Source: Thermoanaerobaculia bacterium
GTDB taxonomy: Bacteria > Acidobacteriota > Thermoanaerobaculia > Gp7-AA8
Direction of reading: 5' to 3'
DNA: 64,000 nucleotides
Assembly (NCBI GenBank): GCA_041748075.1
Contig: JBGTDX010000143.1
Coordinates: forward strand, 49,701-113,700
Position 1 is the first letter of the stretch; each line of letters opens with the position of its first letter. This document shows, piece after piece, positions 18,027 to 27,714 of the stretch. The notes beneath the pieces were generated by a model. That model was not told the DNA's origin. It saw nothing but the letters and a program-made list of their open reading frames with translations, and did no database searches. Position numbers and translations under genes: made by a program.

Positions 18027-19499
18027 ATGACTGACTTCCGCGACCTGATCGATCTTGCCGGCGAGGCCGTCGGCGGCGCGGTACTTTACGCGAATGATGA
18101 TTTCTTCGCAGACAAAGAGAATCTCCTTCACGCTGCAGCTCCTGTGTGGAAAGAGCATGAATACACAGACCGCGGCAAGTGGATGGATGGATGGGAGAGC
18201 CGGCGCAAACGGCAGGCTGGCCACGACTTTGTCATCATCCGCCTCGGCCTGCCGGGGATCCTCCGCGGAGTGGTCGTCGATACGAGTTTCTTCCGGGGAA
18301 ACTATCCCGAGGAGTGCTCGATCGAAGCCTGCTACGCGGCTCCCGACGCAGACGTGGAGAAACTTCTGTCAGCAAACTGGTTCGAGGTGCTTCCGAAGTC
18401 CGGACTTTCGGGTGACGGTCACAATCTCTTCTCGATCGACAATTCGAACGCTGTCACGCATCTGCGGTTCAACATCTATCCGGACGGTGGCGTTGCGAGG
18501 CTGAGAGCTCACGGAGACGTGGTTCCGGACTGGAGGCTCGCCGGCGGCCTTGCAAACGAGCTCGATCTCGCCGCCGTGGAGCATGGTGGTGAGGTCCTTA
18601 CGTGTAGCGACATGTTCTTCGGGCCGAAACACAATCTCATCATGCCAGGCCGTTCTTTGAACATGAGCGGCGGCTGGGAAACGAAACGGCGACGAGGACC
18701 GGGTCATGACTGGGTCATCCTGAAACTGGCGACCGAGTGCGAGCTGCACCGCGTGGAGATCGACACGAATCACTTCAAAGGTAACTACCCCGATACCGCG
18801 TCGATCGAAGGTTGCCGGATCAGCGGGACGGAGCTCTCAAACGCCGAATGGACGGAGGTGCTCTCGCAGACGAAGATGCAGGCTCATACCCGGCACTTCT
18901 TCGCAGATGAACTGTCTCACCGGGGGCCGTTCACGCATCTTCGCCTCAATGTGTATCCGGACGGCGGCATCAGCAGACTTCGCGTGCACGCCGTGGCAAC
19001 GGAGGCGGGACGGCTCGAGCAGGTCGTCCGTCTCATCAACTGTCTTCCGGATCCGGCGCCGCAGCTACTCGCCTGCTGTGCTTCGACCGCGTGGGTCGAG
19101 GGCGTGATCGCTGCACGTCCTTTTGCTGACTGGAACGATCTGACGAGTCGCGCGGATGCAATCTGGCGTTCTCTCGGTCGCGAGGCCTGGCTCGAGGCAT
19201 TCCGCGCACATCCTCGCATCGGCGAGCGGAAAACTTCTCAGCCATGGGCAGCCGAAGAGCAGGCGTCGACGCGAAGCGCGGCGGACGACGTGATCGCGGC
19301 GCTCGAGGCGGGCAACCGTGAGCACGAAGAGCGGTTCGGACACATCTTCATCGTCTGCGCTACAGGGAGGTCTGCTGAGGAGATGCTGTCCATGCTGCGG
19401 CAGCGGCTTCATAATTCTCCCGAGACCGAACTGGAAGTCGCAGCCGAAGAGCAGCGCAAAATCACGCATCTGAGACTGAAGAAACTGGTGACTGTATGA
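18027..19499 (+). CDS. alc: Fused allantoicase / OHCU decarboxylase
   Basis: Two allantoicase repeats (DGWESRRKR, GWETKRRR, YPDGG), then a UraD domain (CC..W, AHPRIG, FIVCATG, EQRKI). Confidence 0.9.
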   Translation: MTDFRDLIDLAGEAVGGAVLYANDDFFADKENLLHAAAPVWKEHEYTDRGKWMDGWESRRKRQAGHDFVIIRLGLPGILRGVVVDTSFFRGNYPEECSIEACYAAPDADVEKLLSANWFEVLPKSGLSGDGHNLFSIDNSNAVTHLRFNIYPDGGVARLRAHGDVVPDWRLAGGLANELDLAAVEHGGEVLTCSDMFFGPKHNLIMPGRSLNMSGGWETKRRRGPGHDWVILKLATECELHRVEIDTNHFKGNYPDTASIEGCRISGTELSNAEWTEVLSQTKMQAHTRHFFADELSHRGPFTHLRLNVYPDGGISRLRVHAVATEAGRLEQVVRLINCLPDPAPQLLACCASTAWVEGVIAARPFADWNDLTSRADAIWRSLGREAWLEAFRAHPRIGERKTSQPWAAEEQASTRSAADDVIAALEAGNREHEERFGHIFIVCATGRSAEEMLSMLRQRLHNSPETELEVAAEEQRKITHLRLKKLVTV

Positions 19500-19837
19500 G
19501 CGGCATCACGACCCACGTACTCGACACATCCCTCGGGCGTCCGGCTCCCGGCGTCGCGATACGGCTCGAGCTCAAAGAGGACCCGAGCCGGTGGTCACTG
19601 GTCGGCGAAGGAAAGACCGATGCCGACGGACGTCAGAGAACTCTGATGGCGGACCGTGTGCTGAAACCCGGAAGCTACCGGTTGACGTTCGACGTGGGAG
19701 ACTATTTCCGGGCTCACGACCGAGCAAGTTTCTTTCCTCATGTTTCGATCGAATTCGAGATCACGGACGCCTCGCAGCATTACCACGTGCCACTGTTGCT
19801 CAGTCCGTACGGGTACTCGACGTATCGTGGAAGCTGA
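19496..19837 (+). CDS. uraH: 5-hydroxyisourate hydrolase
   Basis: ITTHVLD, HYHVPLLLSPYGYSTYRGS. ATGA overlap with alc. Confidence 0.96.
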   Translation: MSGITTHVLDTSLGRPAPGVAIRLELKEDPSRWSLVGEGKTDADGRQRTLMADRVLKPGSYRLTFDVGDYFRAHDRASFFPHVSIEFEITDASQHYHVPLLLSPYGYSTYRGS

Positions 19838-19880
19838 GGAATCGGAGGCTGGCTGCCGGGAAGGCCTGTCATCCTGACGG

Positions 19881-21332
19881 CTAACTTCGCGACTTCATGA
19901 TCTTGACGAAGGAGCGGCTGCGCAGTTCCTCGATTGTGAGACCAGTGACGAGCGCCTCCTCTTCCGTGATGGCACCGCAGTTGACTCCGCGGAGGAAGTA
20001 GTTGAGCAACCCCTGTCCCGTCGCGGCGTCGTCGAACACATCGCCGACGAGGGTCGCCTGCCCTGCTTTCTCAATGAAGTTGCGAAGGCGATCGGTCGCT
20101 GCATGCAACCCTTCGATGAAAAATGCATACACTGCGGCGTATCGCGTCGGAAGCTGTGCGGGGTTGAGATCCCATCCCTGGTAGTAGGCATTGATGAGCG
20201 AGTGGCGGATGTGCTCCGTGTGAAGCCGCCATGCGCGATGCACACTCTCCCGGTTCTCGCGCACCTGGTCGGTTGAGAGCGGGCGTTCACCGGTTGCCCG
20301 ATGAGGCGCAATCGGCATGATGTTCGTCGCACCGTCCGAGAGCCAGAGCCCTGTGCCGGCGTACGCGACCTGCATCATGTTCCGGGCAAAGTCGCACATC
20401 GGATGATCCATTCGCTGGTGAGCAGCCGTGATGTTGCAGCTCGCGGTGTAGTCGTACGTTCCAAAGTGGGCAGCTACCGCCCGCCCGCGGGCTGCTTCGA
20501 GAAACAGCGGCAGGTTCGAGCCCCCTTTCGCGTTGATGATCGATTGCGTTGTCTCGATCATGAACTCCAGGCGGAGGGAACCGGCCTCGAGGCTCAGCTT
20601 ACGCTCCAGCTCATCGAAGAGGTCACCGAGAAGCGAGACCTGCTCGGGCAACTGGATCTTGGGAAGCGTCACCACGAAGCCCGATGGTAGTTTTCCACCG
20701 CTGCGCTCGACCAGATTCGTGAGAAAGATGTCGAGCGTGCGGATGCTCCGGCGCATCAGCTCCTGACTGAAGGGTTTGATGCGGATGCCGATGAATGGGG
20801 GTAGCGTGCCGTTCTTCATTCCGCTGGCAACCTCTCGTGCCGCCGCGGCAGCGTGCCCGTCCTCTTCATTGTCCGAACGGTTGCCGTAGCCGTCCTCGAA
20901 ATCAACCCGGAAGTCTTCCACCGGTTCCCGGCGCAGCTTCTCCACCACGCGTGAGTAAACGGTGTAGGCAAGCCATGCCGGCTCGCTGACCGTCCGGACG
21001 GCTTCGGCATCCCTTTCGAGACTGGCCAGAAGCGCTTTCGATTCCGCGATGCTCTCCGGAAGGGACGCTGCGCCCGTCAGACCGATCGCCCGGGCGAAAA
21101 TGAATGGGTCCGATGCGTACTCCTCGAGCGCGCGAATTGCCAGAGTGCCGAGCTTCCCCGTCGTATCGGATCTGAACAACTGCGCGCCACCATAGACTGT
21201 GTGCACCGGCTGACGGTCACCCGAGCCTCCGGGAAAGCGGCGCGCGAATGCATCGAGCGCCTGCTCGAGCGGACGCGTCGATGCGTCGACGTCGGCGGCG
21301 CTCAGGCTGTTCGTTACTGCAGCGTCGGTCAT
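19881..21332 (-). CDS. CitE/HpcH aldolase-malate synthase superfamily protein (probably DUF6986)
   Basis: RQPVHTVYGG, RVDFEDGYG, TLPK, MIET, HFGTYDYTA, QGWDL and FDDAAT. Confidence 0.7.
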   Translation of the reverse strand: MTDAAVTNSLSAADVDASTRPLEQALDAFARRFPGGSGDRQPVHTVYGGAQLFRSDTTGKLGTLAIRALEEYASDPFIFARAIGLTGAASLPESIAESKALLASLERDAEAVRTVSEPAWLAYTVYSRVVEKLRREPVEDFRVDFEDGYGNRSDNEEDGHAAAAAREVASGMKNGTLPPFIGIRIKPFSQELMRRSIRTLDIFLTNLVERSGGKLPSGFVVTLPKIQLPEQVSLLGDLFDELERKLSLEAGSLRLEFMIETTQSIINAKGGSNLPLFLEAARGRAVAAHFGTYDYTASCNITAAHQRMDHPMCDFARNMMQVAYAGTGLWLSDGATNIMPIAPHRATGERPLSTDQVRENRESVHRAWRLHTEHIRHSLINAYYQGWDLNPAQLPTRYAAVYAFFIEGLHAATDRLRNFIEKAGQATLVGDVFDDAATGQGLLNYFLRGVNCGAITEEEALVTGLTIEELRSRSFVKIMKSRS

Positions 21333-21350
21333 GTGTGTCCTTTTCGAGAG

Positions 21351-21410
21351 TGACGAATTCAGAATCGAAAACTCCCACTTTCTGAATTCTGCATTCTAAA
21401 TTCTCAATTC
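21351..21410. repeat. Third, degenerate GAATTCA heptamer-armed element
   Basis: TGAC GAATTCA GAATCGA, a spacer, then TTTC TGAATTC TGCATTC TAAATTC TCAATTC. Confidence 0.8.
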
Positions 21411-21417
21411 CGTCCCT

Positions 21418-22209
21418 CTACCTCGTCCGCAGCACCGACGCAGCCGCCCAGCCGGCGAGAATGATGCCGCCCAGCACGATCAGGCTGTGTCTGTTTCCGT
21501 AGGTCGCGATCGGGAAATGGCTGCTCAACATGATCAGGACCACCGGAACCACCATGAAGCTGTTGTGCTTCGAGCGCCCCTTTGCCCGATCCGCCAGCCA
21601 TTGCTCCGGTTCGCGGTCCTCCATCGCCGCGGCGATTAGACGCCGTTGCGCCGGAAGAATCCGGACCCAGACGTTCGCGGCCATCGCCGTGCCCATGACC
21701 GCACCCACCTGAAGCCAGGCCGCACGCGAGCTGAAAAGGATCATCGAGCCGTACGCAAGGGCCATGAGCATGAGGAAAGTAAGGAAGCCTCCGACATATC
21801 CGTTCTTTCCCAGGGGCGACATCCAGAGCGCGTCGTATGCAAACCAGCCGGCAACGAGAAGAGCCACACTCGCCGCGATCGACGCGTGAAGCGACAGCGG
21901 AGAGTCCGCGTCCGTCAGGAGACCACCGAGGTAATAGACGACCACGAGCAGCAGTGCGCCCGTGATCCAGGTGATCGCCGCTTCCCAGCGGAACCAGTGG
22001 AGTGTTCTTTTCAGCTCAGGCCTGGTCTGTTTCTCGACGACGTAAAAGCCGCCGCTGTGGACCATCCAGACGGCGCCTCCCTCTTTCGGATCATGCAGCC
22101 GCGCATCGAGCCACATGAAGAGCCACGTCTGTCCGATCCAGAGGATCGCGGCAAATACGTGAATCCAGCGAATGAGGAGATTGAGCCATTCCTGAAGGGT
22201 GTAGTTCAT
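21418..22209 (-). CDS. puuD: Membrane urate hydroxylase PuuD, N-terminal domain only
   Basis: EWLNLLIRWIHV..WIG, WMVHSGGFY, LHWFRWEA, MAANVW..I.PAQ and RSKHN..PV...M.S.HFP. No CxxCH. Confidence 0.85.
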   Translation of the reverse strand: MNYTLQEWLNLLIRWIHVFAAILWIGQTWLFMWLDARLHDPKEGGAVWMVHSGGFYVVEKQTRPELKRTLHWFRWEAAITWITGALLLVVVYYLGGLLTDADSPLSLHASIAASVALLVAGWFAYDALWMSPLGKNGYVGGFLTFLMLMALAYGSMILFSSRAAWLQVGAVMGTAMAANVWVRILPAQRRLIAAAMEDREPEQWLADRAKGRSKHNSFMVVPVVLIMLSSHFPIATYGNRHSLIVLGGIILAGWAAASVLRTR

Positions 22210-22261
22210 GGCGGGGGGACTATAGCAAAGTGGGAGGGATGGATGATGGGATAGAGATACG

Positions 22262-22313
22262 AAATGTTGAATGTTGAATGTTGAATTGAATGTTGAATGC
22301 CCACCCTCAACAC
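22262..22313. repeat. AATGTTG heptamer array with short inverted arm
   Basis: About five AATGTTG units followed by CCCACCC and an inverted TCAACA. Confidence 0.8.
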
Positions 22314-22321
22314 CGGAGCGG

Positions 22322-24625
22322 CTACCGTCCGTGCTCTTTCTCGTATTCCATCAGCCGCATGAGAATCTCCTCGTGGGTGGCCGGGAGCATCAGCTGCACG
22401 GGTGCTCCGCCTGAGGCAAATGAGACAGCGTGTTTGATCGCAGTCCAGACAGAGATGGCCAGCAGCAGCGGCGGCTCCCCCGTCGCTTTGCTCCCCGCGA
22501 TGTTCACCGGATTCTCGATATCGAGATAGTCGACGTTGAAAACCTCGGGAAGGTCCTGGATGTTCGGAATCTTGTACGTGGTCGGCGAGTGCGAGAGAAG
22601 CTCTCCCCGATCGGAGTACACGAGATCCTCTGTCGTCACCCAGCCCATTCCCTGGACGAACGCTCCCGTCATCTGCCCTCGGTCGATGCCCGGGTTGATC
22701 GGTTTGCCAATATCCATCAGCACGTCCGAGCGCAGCACATGCATCTCGCCCGTGAAGCGATCGATGAGGACTTCGGATGCAGCACATCCCTGCGTGAAGT
22801 AGAGGAAGGGGTTGCCGGTCCCGGTCGACCAGTCCCAGTCGATCCCCGGGGTCGCATAGAATCCGTGCTCCGCCAGGCTGATGCGACGCAGATAGGTCTC
22901 CCATACCAGTTCCTGAAATCTGAGTCTTCGTTCGGGATCTCTCGCGTCGAAAACGAATCCGCCTTCGAAGAGGATGCTTGTCGCATCCGGGCTTCCGCCT
23001 CCCAGAAGTTCCGCCGCACAGGATGCGAGCCGTTCGCGAAGCCTGCTGCAGGCATCCACCGCGGCTTTTCCATTCAAGTCGGCACCACTGGACGCTGCTG
23101 TGGCCGACGTGTTGGGGTTTTTCTCGGTGGAGGTGATCATTAAGATCACATGTCCGGGCTCGAGCCCGAACTGGCCCGCAACGAGCTGCCGGATCTTCGT
23201 GTTGACGCCCTGCCCCATCTCCGTCGCACCCGTGGAAACCTGGATCGTTCCGTCGAGGTAGATGTTGACCAGAGCATTAGCCTGATTCAGAAACCGGGAA
23301 TTGAACGAAATGCCGAATTTCACGGCAGTCAGAGAGATCCCCTTCAGATGAGTCCTGGATGACGCGTTGAACGTCGCAATCTCGTCACGACGATTCCTGT
23401 ACTCACACCGCTGAGTCAGTTCTTCGAAAAGGTGCGGCAGGTTGTTGCCGTGAACGATCTGACCATACGGCGTGACGTTGCGATCGCCGGTTCCATAGCA
23501 ATTGCGGAGCCGGATCTCCAGCGGATCCGTGTTCAGGACGCACCCGATGTCCTCGATGATGCTCTCGATCGTGGCGACACCCTGGGGCCCTCCGAAGCCG
23601 CGGAAGGCGGTGTTCGGAGGTGTGTGTGTGCGGCACACCCTGCCGGCGATTCGGGCATTCGGAATGTAATACGCATTGTCGACGTGCGTCATCGCCCGCC
23701 CCATCACGGCGGTGGACAGATCCGCGTAGGCGCCGCCGTCCGAGTACATCTGCACATCGAGCGCGGTGATCTCCCCCCGGGCCGAGAAACCGACCTTGTA
23801 GCGGTTCTGGAACGGATGACGTTTGCCCGTAGCCTGCATGTCGTCATCCTTGTTGAAGACGATGCGTGCAGGGCGCCGGGTCTTCTGAGCGACGAGCGCT
23901 ACCATGGCAGCCGGATGGGTCGCCTGGCACTCCTTCCCACCGAAGGCGCCCCCCATCCGCTTCGTCTCGCAAACGACCTGATTGAGTCTCAGGCCCAGAA
24001 GATGAGAGATGACGTGCTGCACTTCGCTGGGATTCTGGGTGGATGAATGAACCCGGATTGCGCCGAACTCATCGGGCCAGGCAATGGCTGCCTGCGATTC
24101 GAGATAGAAGTGATCCTGTCCCCTGGAGAAGAATGTCCCTTCGAGAACGTGGGCGGCCTCTGCAAACGCAGCCTCCGGATCACCGCGCTGAATCAGGAGA
24201 GGATTTCCGATGAACTCTCCGCGCGCGATCGCGGCGTCGATGGTGAGGATCGGGGGAAGCTCTTCGATGTCGACCAGCACGGCGCGACGGGAGAGCTTGA
24301 CCGCGTGTCTGGTCTCCCCGGCGATGACGACGATCGGCTGGCCCATGAAGACGACGGTGTCTTCCGCAAGCAAAAGCTCGTCGCCAATGATCGGCCCGAA
24401 AAGGTTCGAGTGCAGGTCTGCTGCGGTGAAGAGGCCGACGATGCCGGGAACCGCCGCCGCGGCCGCGAGATCGACCGAGCGAATCCGTCCGTGAGAGACG
24501 GGGCTGGGAAAGAAGTCGACGAAGAGCTCGTTGCGCGCCGGGCTGATGTCGTCGACATACAAAGACTCACCGGTCACATGACCGGCGGCAGAATCGTGCG
24601 GAATGTTCCTGCCTACGATCGACAT
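22322..24625 (-). CDS. xdhB: Xanthine dehydrogenase molybdopterin subunit
   Basis: HDSA..HVTG, GGAFGGKE, AFRGFGGPQG, TAASSG and SKATGEPP. Confidence 0.93.
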   Translation of the reverse strand: MSIVGRNIPHDSAAGHVTGESLYVDDISPARNELFVDFFPSPVSHGRIRSVDLAAAAAVPGIVGLFTAADLHSNLFGPIIGDELLLAEDTVVFMGQPIVVIAGETRHAVKLSRRAVLVDIEELPPILTIDAAIARGEFIGNPLLIQRGDPEAAFAEAAHVLEGTFFSRGQDHFYLESQAAIAWPDEFGAIRVHSSTQNPSEVQHVISHLLGLRLNQVVCETKRMGGAFGGKECQATHPAAMVALVAQKTRRPARIVFNKDDDMQATGKRHPFQNRYKVGFSARGEITALDVQMYSDGGAYADLSTAVMGRAMTHVDNAYYIPNARIAGRVCRTHTPPNTAFRGFGGPQGVATIESIIEDIGCVLNTDPLEIRLRNCYGTGDRNVTPYGQIVHGNNLPHLFEELTQRCEYRNRRDEIATFNASSRTHLKGISLTAVKFGISFNSRFLNQANALVNIYLDGTIQVSTGATEMGQGVNTKIRQLVAGQFGLEPGHVILMITSTEKNPNTSATAASSGADLNGKAAVDACSRLRERLASCAAELLGGGSPDATSILFEGGFVFDARDPERRLRFQELVWETYLRRISLAEHGFYATPGIDWDWSTGTGNPFLYFTQGCAASEVLIDRFTGEMHVLRSDVLMDIGKPINPGIDRGQMTGAFVQGMGWVTTEDLVYSDRGELLSHSPTTYKIPNIQDLPEVFNVDYLDIENPVNIAGSKATGEPPLLLAISVWTAIKHAVSFASGGAPVQLMLPATHEEILMRLMEYEKEHGR

Positions 24626-24655
24626 GTCAGCTGTCGTCCCGAGCATGTGAAACGC

Positions 24656-26098
24656 TCACGATGACACTCCTTCCGCGGCGCATTCGTAATAGAACTTGAG
24701 CATGATGTTCTCGGCCAGCTGTCCTCGAAAGGCGGCCGTCCCCCGCACGTCGGAGATGGGACTGATCTCCTCCCGTGCCATCCGTCCCGCGGACCGGAAG
24801 GTATCGAAAGAGAACGCTCTGCCGTCAAGGAAGCTCTCCGTCCGGCCCAGTCGCAGCACGGTCGGCCCCACTCCACCGTAAACCACCACAGGGCTCTCCA
24901 CGTTTCCGCCGGAGACGCTCATCCGGATCGCGGCGGTAAGCGTCGAGATGTCGAGATGCTTCCGCTTCGATACTTTGTAGAGTTTGAGCAGGTCACTCCG
25001 ATTCGCCACTCCGTCGGGAAGAGGAATCAGAATTCGCGTAATGATCTCGTCGTGGCGCAGATCGAGTTTCTTGTATCCGAGATAGAACGACGCGATCGGA
25101 ACCTCGCGCCTTCCTTCGATTCCCGCGAGCTCTACCTTCGCATCCATGACGTAAAGGAAGGGAAGCGAGTCTGCGATCGGCGAGGCATTGGCAACATTAC
25201 CCGCAAGCGTTCCGGCGTACCGGACTTGCGGAGCACCGAACAGCTCGAGGATGGTCCCGAACTCCGGGACGAGATCGCGGATGGTCTCGTCCAGTTGCGC
25301 CAGCGTTACCGTGGCACCGACCGACAGCACTCCGCCCTCGAGCGATGACTCTCCGAGCTCGGGCACATGCGACAGGTTCATGACGACCGGCGGATCGAAG
25401 CCCCGCTTGTTGTGCTGTACGACCACGTCCGTGCCACCCTGAACGATCACGGTCCCGGGATGGTCACTTCTGAAGCGGACGGCCTCATCGACCGTGGTCG
25501 GCGCGAAAAACTTTCTGCCTTCGTGCTCGACCAGCAGAGGTCGGCCGAGCTGCTCGCGCAGGCCGGGAAGCATCGGTTCTGCAGGATACATCTCGGCCAT
25601 CGTCCTCACGACCGATCGGTTGACGCTCAGCCCAGCCTGAATGATCGGCTCGTAGCCGGTGCAGCGGCAGAGATTTCCCGTGAGCGCACTCCGGATCGTT
25701 CTCGCGGTCGGAATCTCGGGCGACTCGTACATCGCACACATCGCCACGATGAATCCCGGCGTGCAGTAACCGCACTGCGCTCCGTGACACCGCACCATCG
25801 CATCCTGCACCGGATGGAGCTCGTCGCTCGATCCCAGACCCTCGACGGTCACTACATGCGTACCATGAATCTGGTAGAGGAACTGGATGCAGGCATTGAT
25901 CGGACGATAGGAGAGTCCGTCCCCATCGATCCTTCCCACCAGAACGCTGCAGGCTCCGCAATCTCCTTCCTCACAAACGATCTTGGTTCCCGTCGCGCAG
26001 AGCCGATAGCGGAGAAAATTTGCTACGGTCTCGAAGATTGCCGGGCCGGAGATCCTGAACGGCTTTCCGTTGACGAAGAAAAAAACTGAGCCGTCCAT
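24656..26098 (-). CDS. xdhA: Xanthine dehydrogenase small subunit (2Fe-2S + FAD)
   Basis: CEEGDCGAC, QCGYCTPG, NLCRCTGY, GNVANASPIAD and KVSKR..DIS. Confidence 0.93.
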   Translation of the reverse strand: MDGSVFFFVNGKPFRISGPAIFETVANFLRYRLCATGTKIVCEEGDCGACSVLVGRIDGDGLSYRPINACIQFLYQIHGTHVVTVEGLGSSDELHPVQDAMVRCHGAQCGYCTPGFIVAMCAMYESPEIPTARTIRSALTGNLCRCTGYEPIIQAGLSVNRSVVRTMAEMYPAEPMLPGLREQLGRPLLVEHEGRKFFAPTTVDEAVRFRSDHPGTVIVQGGTDVVVQHNKRGFDPPVVMNLSHVPELGESSLEGGVLSVGATVTLAQLDETIRDLVPEFGTILELFGAPQVRYAGTLAGNVANASPIADSLPFLYVMDAKVELAGIEGRREVPIASFYLGYKKLDLRHDEIITRILIPLPDGVANRSDLLKLYKVSKRKHLDISTLTAAIRMSVSGGNVESPVVVYGGVGPTVLRLGRTESFLDGRAFSFDTFRSAGRMAREEISPISDVRGTAAFRGQLAENIMLKFYYECAAEGVSS

Positions 26099-26277
26099 GA
26101 GTGGAGCGATGGTACCAAAGTGGAGCGGGAATCAGTCCAGGGGTCAGAAGCCGGCAGGGGAACCGCCGTGGATCTCTGCGACAGCGACTCCGCACGAGGC
26201 ATGAAGGAAACGGAAGAGTGGCTACTCACTCATGGCTCCCGATTACCGGCTTCCTGCTCCTCCCTTATAATCATCGG

Positions 26278-27714
26278 ATGAAAAGGGACCAACCTTCCAA
26301 TCCCCTCAGCGAGCGTTACGCTTCGCGGGAAATGGCGAGCATCTTCTCGCCGCACTTCAAATACTCCACATGGCGACGCCTCTGGGTCGCCCTGGCAGAG
26401 GCCCAGCGTGAGCTCGGTCTGCCCATCGAGGCCGAGCAGGTCGAAGAGCTGCGAGCCTGGATCGACGAGATCAACTATGCCGATGCAGAACGGCGCGAGC
26501 GGGAGGTGCGCCACGACGTCATGGCTCACATCTACGCCTACGGCGTGCAGGCCCCTCTGTCCAAGGGCATCATTCACCTTGGAGCGACCTCCGCTTTCGT
26601 CACCGATAATGGCGACCTGCTCCAGATGGCCGAAGGAATGCGTCTCTTCCGACGAAGGCTCGTGAACCTCATGGCGAAACTCCGCGCATTTGCCTGGCAG
26701 TGGCGGGAGCTTCCGACGCTTGCGTTCACCCACTTTCAGCCTGCACAGCTGACCACAGTCGGGAAGCGAGCCGCGCTCTGGCTTCACGACCTCCTGCTCG
26801 ATTACGAGGAGCTCACTGTCCGGGAAGACGCACTTCGTTTCCTCGGCGTGAAGGGCGCAACGGGAACGCAGGCCTCATTCCTCGAGTTGTTCGACGGGGA
26901 CGCCTCGAAGGTCGACCGTCTCGAGGAGCTCGTCGCCACGAAGATGGGATTCTCGAAGTCCTATCCGGTGTCGGGCCAGACGTATTCGAGAAAAGTCGAC
27001 TCGCAGGTCGTCAACATGCTTGCGGGCTTCGCGCAGTCCGCCTCGAAGTTCGCCTACGACATGAGGCTGCTGCAGCACCTGCATGAGATCGAGGAGCCGT
27101 TTGAAACCGATCAGGTCGGTTCCTCCGCGATGGCCTACAAGCGCAACCCGATGCGCGCAGAACGGATTGATGGTCTGGCACGTCACCTGATCGTGCTCAT
27201 GCAGGACCCTGCAATGACCGCCGCGACTCAGTGGTTCGAGCGAACTCTCGACGATTCCGCGAACCGCAGAATTGCCATACCGGAGGCGTTTCTCTGCGCC
27301 GATGCGATCGCGCTGCTGTACGACAACATCGTGAGCGGCCTCGTCGTGCATCAGGACGTCATCGCATCGAATGTCCGCCGCGAGCTTCCCTTCATCGCGA
27401 CCGAGAATGTGATGATGGAAGGAGTGCGTCGGGGTGGCGACCGCCAGGTGCTTCACGAGCGGGTTCGCATCCATGCTCAGGAAGCGGCCGGGCGATTGAA
27501 GTCCGGTTCCCCGGACAACGACTTGTTCGACCGGATCGCCTCAGACCCCCTGTTCGGAATCGAGCGCGAAACCATCAATCAGATGACCCGGCCCGAGGAC
27601 TTTACGGGACTCTCCTCGGCTCAGGTGGGCAGGTTCCTCGCCGACCAGATCGATCCGGTCCTCGAAAGAGAGAAGGAGATGCTGACGACGGCAGTTGGCG
27701 AGGTGCGGGTCTGA
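26278..27714 (+). CDS. purB: Adenylosuccinate lyase
   Basis: RHDVMAH, IHLGATS, THFQPAQ and GSSAMAYKRNP. TATAAT lies 6 nt before the ATG. Confidence 0.95.
   Translation: MKRDQPSNPLSERYASREMASIFSPHFKYSTWRRLWVALAEAQRELGLPIEAEQVEELRAWIDEINYADAERREREVRHDVMAHIYAYGVQAPLSKGIIHLGATSAFVTDNGDLLQMAEGMRLFRRRLVNLMAKLRAFAWQWRELPTLAFTHFQPAQLTTVGKRAALWLHDLLLDYEELTVREDALRFLGVKGATGTQASFLELFDGDASKVDRLEELVATKMGFSKSYPVSGQTYSRKVDSQVVNMLAGFAQSASKFAYDMRLLQHLHEIEEPFETDQVGSSAMAYKRNPMRAERIDGLARHLIVLMQDPAMTAATQWFERTLDDSANRRIAIPEAFLCADAIALLYDNIVSGLVVHQDVIASNVRRELPFIATENVMMEGVRRGGDRQVLHERVRIHAQEAAGRLKSGSPDNDLFDRIASDPLFGIERETINQMTRPEDFTGLSSAQVGRFLADQIDPVLEREKEMLTTAVGEVRV

Noticed and set aside
26101-26277. Long N-terminal extensions in the ORF track (purB, and similarly rlpA, corA, anmK, argS, miaA)
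   Set aside because: They overlap neighbours or repeats; better starts with -10 boxes, SDs or stop overlaps exist downstream.
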